Below, piece after piece: positions 1-8,483 of a stretch of DNA of 64,000 bases (its first letter is position 1; each line of letters opens with the position of its first letter). The notes under the pieces are model-generated. The model saw only the letters and a program-made list of their open reading frames with translations. It was not told where the DNA came from and ran no database searches. The DNA comes from an uncultured Opitutales bacterium (GTDB lineage: Bacteria; Verrucomicrobiota; Verrucomicrobiia; Opitutales; T3Sed10-336), in the NCBI GenBank assembly GCA_964645585.1, contig CAZYAN010000010.1:3677-67676 (forward strand). The letters are read 5' to 3'. Position numbers and translations under genes: made by a program.

Positions 1-45
1 CCATCGGGCAAAGAAGAAACTCGCAACCCTCATGAAGGAGGCGCC

Positions 46-1818
46 ATGCACGACCACGAATTAAAGGAACTGTGGCGGGCACAAAGTCTTGAGCCGCCGC
101 CGCTGCCCGACTCAGGGCAAATTGCGAACCTCAAAGCACGCGCCCTCCGTCTGAATCGCACGCTCTTCTGGAGAGACATCCGCGAAAATAGCGCCGCTGT
201 TTTCGTCATTCTTTGCTTCGGAGCTTATTTCTTCCTCTTCCCTTCCCCGCTCGCCCGCGTCGGCAGTGTCCTTGTCATTTTGAGCGGGCTTTTGCTTATC
301 ATATATCCGATCTGGCGAAAGCGGCGAATTCCAACCGCCGCGCCCGACGCGCCGTTGATGGAGGCGTTAGAGCGTCAATTGCATAAGGTCGAGATTGAGA
401 TCGCTCTTCTGCGAACCGTCCTCTGGCATTCCATCCTGCCGGCCTCCTTGGGCGCATTCGTTTTCATTCTCGGCATCGGCCTCTCCCCCGACTGGATCAT
501 CCCGGTCGCGCTGCTGGGCGTCGCGTTCGACGCGCTCCTTTACTGGCTCAACCAAATCGCGTGCGATAAGAAGCTTCTTCCGCTCAAACAGGAATTTGAA
601 TCACTCCTCCGCGGGAACAATGATGAAGTCCCCTCCCCTGAACGTCCCAAGAACTATACCATGGCAAAAGTCCTTATGCTGATTTCCTTCGTCCTGTTCC
701 TCGGTGCGGCTAACGGCATTCTCACTAAGGGAGACAGTGCTCCCTCGGCCGAACCTCCCGCCGGCGAGACAGCGGAAATGCTTGAAGTCATTCGAGCAAA
801 ACACGGCTTTCCCGCGCTGGCCGCGGCGGTTGTCGTGGATGGCGAACTTGCGGCGATCGATGCCGTCGGATTCCGCAGACACGGCGGCACGGAAGCCGTG
901 ACGCCGGACGACAAGTTTCACATCGGATCGGTGACAAAGTCGATGACGGCGACCCTCGCGGCGATGCTTGTGGAGGATCGCAAAATCGATTGGACAACGA
1001 CGATTGGAGATTCTTTCCCCGAACTTCGGGACCAAATGCATCCGGACTATGCGGGGGTAACGCTGGAACAGCTTCTCGCGCACCGCGGCGGCGCGCCGGC
1101 CGCCGCGCCACAATCGTTGTGGCGCGAAGCCTGGAAAGCGGAAGGCACACCGGAAGAGCAGCGAATGAAGTTTGTCCAAGGAATCCTGATACAAGAACCC
1201 GAAACGGCGCCGGGAACCCGTACAGTTTACTCGAACCAAGGCTATGCCATTGCCGGCGCAATGCTGGAACGGGCTACCGGAAAAGCTTGGGAAGTTCTCA
1301 TGCGAGAACGGCTCTTCGACCCGCTCGAAATGGCCTCCGCCGGATTCGGCGCTCCCGCCACACCGGGCAAAGTGGATCAGCCATGGGGACACGCGAAGAA
1401 GCTGCTTTCCGCGACGGCCCCCGTCCCTCCCGGACCGGATGCCGACAATCCCGCTGCGATCGGCCCGGCGGCAACGGTCCATTGCTCCCTCGGCGACCTT
1501 GCGAAATACGTCCGTTTCCATTTGGCGGGCGCACGCGGTGAAGGCACGCTCCTGAAGGCCGAAACGTTTCAAAAGCTCCACGCACCCGTCGGCGGCGATA
1601 ATTACGCGCTCGGCTGGATCGTGCTCGACCGCGAATGGGCCGGGGGGCGAACGCTGATGCACAACGGCTCCAACACGATGTTTTACGTCGTCGTCTGGAT
1701 GGCGCCCGAACGAAATAGCGCCGTGGTCGTCGCGACCAACGTCGGTGTCGACACAGCCTTCTCCGGCTGTGACGAAGCCGCGGCCCAGTTGATCCAGCGT
1801 TTCCTGCTCAAGGAATAG
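46..1818 (+). CDS. Membrane-anchored serine hydrolase of the class C beta-lactamase / penicillin-binding-protein family, fused to an N-terminal ~200-aa polytopic membrane module
   Basis: 590-aa ORF. S-x-x-K nucleophile motif in HIGSVTKSMTATL and Y-x-N motif YSNQGY. Four hydrophobic helices in aa ~50-170, plus a fifth signal-anchor-like helix (MAKVLMLISFVLFLGAANG, aa 206-224) just before the hydrolase domain. Confidence 0.8.
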   Translation: MHDHELKELWRAQSLEPPPLPDSGQIANLKARALRLNRTLFWRDIRENSAAVFVILCFGAYFFLFPSPLARVGSVLVILSGLLLIIYPIWRKRRIPTAAPDAPLMEALERQLHKVEIEIALLRTVLWHSILPASLGAFVFILGIGLSPDWIIPVALLGVAFDALLYWLNQIACDKKLLPLKQEFESLLRGNNDEVPSPERPKNYTMAKVLMLISFVLFLGAANGILTKGDSAPSAEPPAGETAEMLEVIRAKHGFPALAAAVVVDGELAAIDAVGFRRHGGTEAVTPDDKFHIGSVTKSMTATLAAMLVEDRKIDWTTTIGDSFPELRDQMHPDYAGVTLEQLLAHRGGAPAAAPQSLWREAWKAEGTPEEQRMKFVQGILIQEPETAPGTRTVYSNQGYAIAGAMLERATGKAWEVLMRERLFDPLEMASAGFGAPATPGKVDQPWGHAKKLLSATAPVPPGPDADNPAAIGPAATVHCSLGDLAKYVRFHLAGARGEGTLLKAETFQKLHAPVGGDNYALGWIVLDREWAGGRTLMHNGSNTMFYVVVWMAPERNSAVVVATNVGVDTAFSGCDEAAAQLIQRFLLKE

Positions 1819-1973
1819 GCGTTCGGCGGGCTGCAGCCGCAATCAGTCGCAATTCTCCGAGATGGTCGAACCCGTTAAGGTTCCGCCGGGAATCAGTGGC
1901 ATTTTTTGTTACCAGTAACATCATTTCGTTGCTGCCTCCGTGCCGAAAGCGGAAATGATCACTCCGTCTCCAC

Positions 1974-4900
1974 ATGAATCTGTTTACTGCCACCCATTCA
2001 CTTCGCCGGAGTCTCCCGGCGTATCCTGTGGTCGCGTTGCTCGTGCTTGCCATGATCGGCGCAGCGTCCAATCTCCGCGGCCAAGCCTGGGAGCTCTTTG
2101 AATCGTCGTCGGTGCCCGCTGTGTGGAGCGTCTCTGGAACCGGCGCAAGCATTCGGACCGATAACAGCCGTTCCTGGCAGGGAAATCGCTCCTTGGAATG
2201 GAGCTGGAGTCAGCCGTCCACCACCCTTACATGGACGATCGCGCCAGCGACCTCCGGCTCCGGCCACCGCGTCTTGTCACAATGGGTGCGACTCGAAACG
2301 CCGCTTCCCGATGCCCGTCTCAGAGTCGAGCTGCGCTCCACCAACAACAGCCTGCGGTATTTCGAGGTAAACCTCGATTTCACCGGCTGGCGCACGATGT
2401 TCGTTCCCTACAGCAGCATGGACGGCAGCGGGACAAACAACATCAATCGCGTCCGCTGGACACTGGTCGGATCACCGCCGCAATCCGGGAAGATCCATCT
2501 CGATCAGGTCATCGCGGGCCAACTGATGGATGTGCGCTTTCAATATGCCGACGCCCAGGTGCCTTTCGTCTGGGCGGAGCGCGTGAACAGCATGTGGGAA
2601 AACAAACCTCACTGGCATCGCGCCCGCCCCGCTCGCGTCGTTCCGACGGCCGCCGAACTCGCCGCCCTCGCCAAAATCCGTGTCGACTGGGACTCCCGTC
2701 TCGCCGGCACCGGAACCGTCACGACCAGCCAGGTCAATTCCTGGGAAACCCAGCTGAACGCCTACAACCTCCGGCGCGAAGGCGGCGTCGTCCGCGGCAA
2801 TCCCATCTACTACCGTCAATACCCGGAGTACGCGTACCCCTCCACCCTCGCCAATCAGATCGTCGGCGCCCAGGCGCCGAACGCCTTTCAGGATTTCACC
2901 ACGCTTATGTACAACATGGCCCGCGCATGGCACCGCACGACCAACACGACGCTGCGGTCGCGTCTGGCCGACATGATCGTGCTGATGTCGGAACACCTCC
3001 TCGACCAAGGCTGGGCCGGCGGGAGCAACCAGGGTTCCATTTTTCTCTACGGGTACCAAAGTCGCGAATACATGCGAGCGATGTATCTCGCCCGCCACAT
3101 CTACGCCCAGACCGGGATGCTCGACGAGATGCTGGAAGCGGCGCTTTGGTACGGCCAGGCCGGCTTCCTGCTCGACGGGCCGCGCGCGCCCAACATGGAT
3201 TTCTTCAATACCTTGCTCCAAGGTCAGATGCTCTCTCTCCTCATGGACCCGGACCCGGGCATGCAGACCGCATGGATGCGTCTCTTCATTGAAAACCTCA
3301 GCGACCAGGTCGCCAACCATACCCCGGGCGACCTCAACGGTTTCAAGCCGGACGGAACAACCTACCACCACAACGGCCATTATCCGGCCTACGGGATCGG
3401 CGCGATCTCCACGCTCGGCGGTGTCTTCGACGTGTTGCGGGGAACACCATTTGAACTGACGGATCCCGCGCGTATGTCGTTTCGCCAGGTCCTCCTTGCC
3501 GCCCGGCACTACGCCCACCCGTACGACTGGCCGATCGGACTCAGCGGCCGCCATCCTTTCAGCGGCACCATCGGCAACGCTCGATCCCCGATTCTTGCCC
3601 TCTCTCTCTACCCGGACCCTGTCCTTGGAAACGCTCCGGACCGCGAACTCGCCGGCGCCTATGTCCGGCTCTGGGGACAACCGGACGGCACGGCCGGCAC
3701 CGCCTACCAAAGCGCCGGCATCCAGGCCGAAACGGGGCACGGCTTCCACCCATTTCCGTTTGCCAACCACGCGGTCTACCGGTTCGACGACTGGATGGTC
3801 AGCCTTAAAGGCTACAGCCGCTACGTCTGGGCGTCCGAAATTTACGCGGCCGACAATCGCTACGGACGGTACCAGAGCAACGGCACAGCGGAAATTCTCT
3901 TTGGCTCAGGACGAACAGCGAGCGGCTTCCGTGAAAACGGCTGGGACTGGAACCGCCTCCCAGGCACAACCACCGTCCACCTTCCCATTGAGCTGCTCGA
4001 CAGCCCGCACAGCGGCACACTGATGCGCCGCTCCAATGAAACCTTCGCCGGCGGTGTTTCCGGCGAATCGGGCGGCGCTTTTGGATTTGTTCTCAACGAA
4101 GCGTACTACGGTCACCTCCTGACCGCCCGCAAATCCGCGTTTGCGGCCGACGGCATGCTGATCATGCTCGGCTCAGGCATCTCCTCGAATCATTCCTCGG
4201 CCCCGGTGGAAACCACGCTCTATCAGGTCGCGCTCACCGGCGGACGTCCGCCAATTTACCTGTCGACCTCGCCTGACACGCCCGTCTCGAACTTTCCTTG
4301 GACCTATTCGACTACGCCTTCCACCGCGTTCTGGACAGTCGACCCGGTCGGGAACGCTTTTTGGATGCCGCCCGGCCAGCATGTGCGGTTTTCTCGTGTA
4401 AATCAGGAATCGCGTCATAATAAAACGAGTGCGGTAACCAACGGCGACTTTGCCAGCGCCTGGATCGATCACGGCACGAAACCGGACAACGCCCGCTATG
4501 AATACGTTATTCTCCCCCAGCGCTCGGTCGCTCAGGTCGCCCAGTTCACGGCTGAAATGGCATCGGCCTCTCCCGCGTATGAAGTCCTCCGCCACGACAA
4601 CGGACTCCACGCGGTCCGCGTCGCGAACCCGAACCGCTATGGCTTTGCCATCTACGAGCCGAATGAATGGAGCGACCTGCCGCACCTGACTGAAGCCGAA
4701 ACGCCTTTCCTCCTCTGGATCGAAGAGGCAGGAAACCATCTGGTCGTTTTCGCGGCCAATCCCGACCTGAATTCGACACCGGAGGAGAATCTCGTCTCCC
4801 CAACCTCGTTCACCCTTCGCGGACTCTGGGAAGTCGCGGACACAAACAGCACGGGGATCCTCGCCTGGCACGACGCCGGTGACACCCGCTTTGTCATTCC

Positions 4901-6248
4901 AGCCCGGAACGGGGCAACGTACCGCCTCCACCTGATGCCGGCAGCCTCGCCGATTCCGGGTAGTCTGGTCGACATTCGTGACGAAATCGCCCCGCCCGCC
5001 AACTTCAGTGCCGCTGCCGCCTCACCGTTTATTCACTGGAACGTATCCAGTGGAGCGATACTCGGTTACGTGGTCGAGCGGCGGCGCCCCGGCGCCACCG
5101 AATTCGAGTTCCTCTCGATTGTCTCCAACGACGCGACACACTTCTTCGATCCGGAGCTGGCGGCCGGTGACTTCGCGCATTACCGCGTGCGCTGCTGGAC
5201 GGAAGCCGGTCCGGGCGCCGCGACGACGTCCATCCTCGTTCACAACGCGAGAAACAACGGCACGTTCTTCGATTTCCGTACGATCAGTGCGGTCAATGAT
5301 CTACAGGCACTCGGCTGGACCGCCTCCGGTCTCCAGTCGGCAAATGACTGGTATCTGGAACCGCGCGGCATGTTTCTCATCGACAATTCCACGAACAACG
5401 CGGCTTCCTTAGTGGTCCCGTTTGCTCACCGCGCCACCGGCCGCATCGAAGCGCGCATGGGGGTTGCCCGCACTTCGGGCTTCTACGCGAACCTCGAATT
5501 GATGGCAGGGTCCGAGTCGCTCGGATTGATCCAGCTCTCCAACCGCGAGAACGGATTTCTTCGCGGCCCAAGCGATGTCTCCTTCAGCGATGTCCGCTGG
5601 GATATCGAACAAGGAACGCTTCGCGACCTCGCGATCGAATGGCGCGAACTCCCCGGAACGGGTCAAATCGCAATCGTTCTCCGCTACACCGGCACAACCG
5701 ACGCGGCCAGCGCGCTCCACTATTGGCAAATTCCCAACACCGTCGCCAACCGTCCCGACCGACTTCGGCTCTCAGTCGGGTTTGGATCCGCCGTCAACCG
5801 CGGCATGGTTCTCCAAACGCTCGAGATCGCCGAAGACCAGCCGGCGGCGCCCGCGGAACTGTACGCGGCATGGACGAAGGCCTTTCTCGGTGAATATAAC
5901 GCGGATCCCGCGGCGGATGCCGATGGCGATGGTGTTCCCAACCTTTGGGAGTTCGCCTGGTCCCGCGGCGCCGCGGCTGAACACGTTCCCGCCCGATCCG
6001 ACCTGATCCCGCAAATGGAAACCGGCGAAGATGGACCGCGTTTTGTCTGGGAAATTCCAATACTGACAGACAGTGATCTCCGCCTTGAAACAACTGACCG
6101 GTTCGATAGCGAATGGACCGTCGTCTCCCACATTGAAACCCCGATAATCGGTCGTCCCGGCTGGACGCGCATCACCTCCCCGCCCGTCTCGGCAGCGGAT
6201 TCGTCCCGGTTTTTCCGCCTTGTCCTGGTCAGCGAGCTTAACCCGTAG
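1974..6248 (+). CDS. Giant secreted polysaccharide lyase, chondroitinase-ABC-like (PL8-type), with extra C-terminal modules
   Basis: 1424-aa ORF with a signal peptide (VVALLVLAMIGAASNLRGQA). The catalytic-block-like segments FKPDGTTYHHNGHYPAYGI and GWDWNRLPGTTT match my memory of chondroitinase ABC / PL8 lyases. C-terminal FN3-like and jelly-roll-like segments follow, then DADGDGVPNLWEFAW and a beta-sandwich ending RFFRLVL. Confidence 0.65.
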   Translation: MNLFTATHSLRRSLPAYPVVALLVLAMIGAASNLRGQAWELFESSSVPAVWSVSGTGASIRTDNSRSWQGNRSLEWSWSQPSTTLTWTIAPATSGSGHRVLSQWVRLETPLPDARLRVELRSTNNSLRYFEVNLDFTGWRTMFVPYSSMDGSGTNNINRVRWTLVGSPPQSGKIHLDQVIAGQLMDVRFQYADAQVPFVWAERVNSMWENKPHWHRARPARVVPTAAELAALAKIRVDWDSRLAGTGTVTTSQVNSWETQLNAYNLRREGGVVRGNPIYYRQYPEYAYPSTLANQIVGAQAPNAFQDFTTLMYNMARAWHRTTNTTLRSRLADMIVLMSEHLLDQGWAGGSNQGSIFLYGYQSREYMRAMYLARHIYAQTGMLDEMLEAALWYGQAGFLLDGPRAPNMDFFNTLLQGQMLSLLMDPDPGMQTAWMRLFIENLSDQVANHTPGDLNGFKPDGTTYHHNGHYPAYGIGAISTLGGVFDVLRGTPFELTDPARMSFRQVLLAARHYAHPYDWPIGLSGRHPFSGTIGNARSPILALSLYPDPVLGNAPDRELAGAYVRLWGQPDGTAGTAYQSAGIQAETGHGFHPFPFANHAVYRFDDWMVSLKGYSRYVWASEIYAADNRYGRYQSNGTAEILFGSGRTASGFRENGWDWNRLPGTTTVHLPIELLDSPHSGTLMRRSNETFAGGVSGESGGAFGFVLNEAYYGHLLTARKSAFAADGMLIMLGSGISSNHSSAPVETTLYQVALTGGRPPIYLSTSPDTPVSNFPWTYSTTPSTAFWTVDPVGNAFWMPPGQHVRFSRVNQESRHNKTSAVTNGDFASAWIDHGTKPDNARYEYVILPQRSVAQVAQFTAEMASASPAYEVLRHDNGLHAVRVANPNRYGFAIYEPNEWSDLPHLTEAETPFLLWIEEAGNHLVVFAANPDLNSTPEENLVSPTSFTLRGLWEVADTNSTGILAWHDAGDTRFVIPARNGATYRLHLMPAASPIPGSLVDIRDEIAPPANFSAAAASPFIHWNVSSGAILGYVVERRRPGATEFEFLSIVSNDATHFFDPELAAGDFAHYRVRCWTEAGPGAATTSILVHNARNNGTFFDFRTISAVNDLQALGWTASGLQSANDWYLEPRGMFLIDNSTNNAASLVVPFAHRATGRIEARMGVARTSGFYANLELMAGSESLGLIQLSNRENGFLRGPSDVSFSDVRWDIEQGTLRDLAIEWRELPGTGQIAIVLRYTGTTDAASALHYWQIPNTVANRPDRLRLSVGFGSAVNRGMVLQTLEIAEDQPAAPAELYAAWTKAFLGEYNADPAADADGDGVPNLWEFAWSRGAAAEHVPARSDLIPQMETGEDGPRFVWEIPILTDSDLRLETTDRFDSEWTVVSHIETPIIGRPGWTRITSPPVSAADSSRFFRLVLVSELNP

Positions 6249-6819
6249 AACGTATCGCGGTCGATCCACCTCCCGCCACGCACTTCTTCAGCCCCTTACC
6301 CCTGACTTCGGCACCGGCCCAGAGCCGACGGGCTGTCTGGAAACATTCCGCCGCAGCCGAAGGACACAACATTTTCGGCTGGCTCCGCCCCCATAGGTCC
6401 ACCGGTTGCAGTTACCCCGCCGCCTCCCTGCCAATGAGCTTCTTTGCGCCAGCTGAAAGACGGTGAACAGAACTCCCGGCGATCGCGGAGCCCGTGCCGA
6501 GATTGCGACCAGGGGGCTGCTGTCGAGAAGCACCGGGGAGATTGAAAAAAGGAGTACTCTCAAAAAGGAAAATACGTACGCCACCCGCCCAGGCTCAAGG
6601 GTCAATATTCACGGTAAAAAAAGAGTTGAATAAAACAAACATTCGAGCCGCTTGCCTGTCTTTGCGGGCTGATGGCGCGGACCATTCTAGATTCTATCGA
6701 TGAAAATGCCAATGCGATATCCCACTTCGGAAATACCGCAAAATCGACATTCTTTCCCTTGCCTTCCAGCGTCGCCGTGCTTGTATTGATATATAATTAC
6801 AGCCTTCTTTTCTTCAGAT

Positions 6820-7557
6820 ATGCCCAATAAAATGCCTCGATGCGATCTGGCGGAAACTCGCAGCTCGCGCGCATTCACCCTGATCGAACTCCTCACCGTT
6901 ATCGCCATTATCGGCATTCTCGCGGCGATCCTTATTCCGGTCGTCGGCGCGGTTCGCGACAGCGCGCGCGCATCGAAGTGCATTTCGAACCTGCGCCAGA
7001 TGAGGAACGGGATCGCTCTTTACGCGAACGACCATAATGGCGTCGCGCCGCCGCCAGCATTCTGGGGAAGCCGACCGGAGAACTTCCCGAGCAACGATCT
7101 CCGAACAACTTTCCATTATAGGATTTGGGAATACGTCGGCTATGAGAATCGCACATTCAGGCGGCCGGACAATACACAGCTCACCGAAAGTCGTACAGAG
7201 AATATATTTCATTGTCCGTCTACTGTTCAGAAACTCACTGTTGTACCCGGCGGAACGGCATCTATAGACGGTTACGCGTATGCGATGAACGAGCAGCCCA
7301 ACGTTATTTATAACAGGGACGTCACCGTCGGCCTGAAGAAAGACCGGCTGACCGCCCCTTCGCGAACCGTGGCCGTTCTGGAGCACTCATCGTGGAAGAC
7401 GACTCCGGCGAAATATTTCGAGAGCGGTCTTATCCCTCACAACGGCGGTGGAAACTTTCTTTTCTACGACGGCCACGTTCAGGCGATAAAATTCGAATCC
7501 GTCCCCAAAAACAGTTATCAGGATGACGGCCTTTATTTCTGGGCGGGCGGGCGTTAG
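6820..7557 (+). CDS. Prepilin-type N-terminal cleavage/methylation domain protein (pseudopilin, H-X9-DG / DUF1559-like)
   Basis: 245 aa. Short basic leader, then [25 protein letters not shown] (N-methylation motif with conserved Glu at +5). C-terminal [13 protein letters not shown] is an exact H-X9-DG motif. Confidence 0.85.
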   Translation: MPNKMPRCDLAETRSSRAFTLIELLTVIAIIGILAAILIPVVGAVRDSARASKCISNLRQMRNGIALYANDHNGVAPPPAFWGSRPENFPSNDLRTTFHYRIWEYVGYENRTFRRPDNTQLTESRTENIFHCPSTVQKLTVVPGGTASIDGYAYAMNEQPNVIYNRDVTVGLKKDRLTAPSRTVAVLEHSSWKTTPAKYFESGLIPHNGGGNFLFYDGHVQAIKFESVPKNSYQDDGLYFWAGGR

Positions 7558-7598
7558 CCATTCCTCTTTCCTTGTCTCCTAACCTATCCAACTACAAC

Positions 7599-8483
7599 AT
7601 GCTACAACGAATATCCTGCTGTTACCGTTACGCTCAAAAGTCATTGAAAATCGCTGGAATCGCGCTTTTCTCTTTCACTCTTCCCGAAGTTGCAAACGCC
7701 CAAACCGATCTTGTCGTGGACGATTTTCAATCCGGTTATCCCGGCCAAGCCGTCCACGGAGCCGACACCTATTACTCGTCGCCTGTCCCGCGCTGGTATT
7801 ACAGTTCCTCGCACGCGCTCGATGCTTCAGGCGCCTACATCGCGGCGGACGCTTCATCCGCGAATCAATACATGTACTTCAATGGGCAGGTCAATACCTG
7901 GTCTATCACGTGGGTTGACTGCGACAGCGCCAGTTACCTGACTCTGAACCCTGCAAAGCGATACAGGATTGAGTTCGACTTGCTCAATGTTACCGGCGCG
8001 GGAGAAACCAGTGCCCTGCTTTTGCATTATCTATTGAATGACCGATGGACGAATATGGGAGCGGTGGTGCAAACTGATCCCGCGGGCTACCGTTTGCAGC
8101 TTCATATATCGGGTGACAATACTGTCGGATATAAAATCATCCATAAAGGCGGCGGCCAATTTATCGACGTCCCCGGAGCCGCGGGCGAAGCCGAAGTCGC
8201 CCCGGCCTGCTCGGCTCGAGCGAAACCGAACCGGGCCGTCCCGTGCGAGTCGCTCTCGAGTTCTTTCAGAACGAGCAGAGCCTGTACATCGACGGCGTGG
8301 AGCAGTTCACCGTCGATATCGATCCCCTGCCGCAGAATATGCTTTTTGGCAACGGATTCTGGGTGCAGATCTGGTCCAGCGCCGGACAAGCTCGCGGGAT
8401 GGACAACATTTTACTCCAGGAACTGGAGGCTCCGGAGCCTGAACCCTGGACTCCTGTTGAACCGGGTGAGGTTTACTGGGTAA
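7599..8483 (+). CDS. Signal-peptide-bearing lectin-like N-terminal fragment, probably the 5' part of the 8243-11152 gene (frameshifted)
   Basis: ATG at 7599 (the ORF track uses TTG at 7572). Signal peptide KIAGIALFSFTLPEVANA|Q. The sequence looks protein-like up to ..IIHKGGGQFIDVPGAAGEA (about nt 8190). After that the frame-0 translation becomes S/R/A-rich low complexity, while another frame becomes protein-like. Confidence 0.5.
   Translation: MLQRISCCYRYAQKSLKIAGIALFSFTLPEVANAQTDLVVDDFQSGYPGQAVHGADTYYSSPVPRWYYSSSHALDASGAYIAADASSANQYMYFNGQVNTWSITWVDCDSASYLTLNPAKRYRIEFDLLNVTGAGETSALLLHYLLNDRWTNMGAVVQTDPAGYRLQLHISGDNTVGYKIIHKGGGQFIDVPGAAGEAEVAPACSARAKPNRAVPCESLSSSFRTSRACTSTAWSSSPSISIPCRRICFLATDSGCRSGPAPDKLAGWTTFYSRNWRLRSLNPGLLLNRVRFTG

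Noticed and set aside
601-1842. A 413-aa antisense ORF opposite the beta-lactamase-family gene. Similar long antisense or off-frame ORFs occur at 2472-3770, 18526-19236, 34990-35700, 36027-36938, 40375-41472, 49640-50362 and 60460-61416.
   Set aside because: This is the same high-GC antisense artefact. The translations are R/G/A/P-rich and carry no family motifs, and each overlaps a well-supported gene on the other strand.
6440-6560. A possible cobalamin-type riboswitch (GGTGAACAGAACTCCCGGCGATCGCGGAGCCCGTGCC...)
   Set aside because: Only a vague resemblance to the GGTG...CC core. There is no B12 box (GCCACTG-like), no appropriate downstream transport or B12 gene, and the context is wrong (upstream of a pseudopilin).
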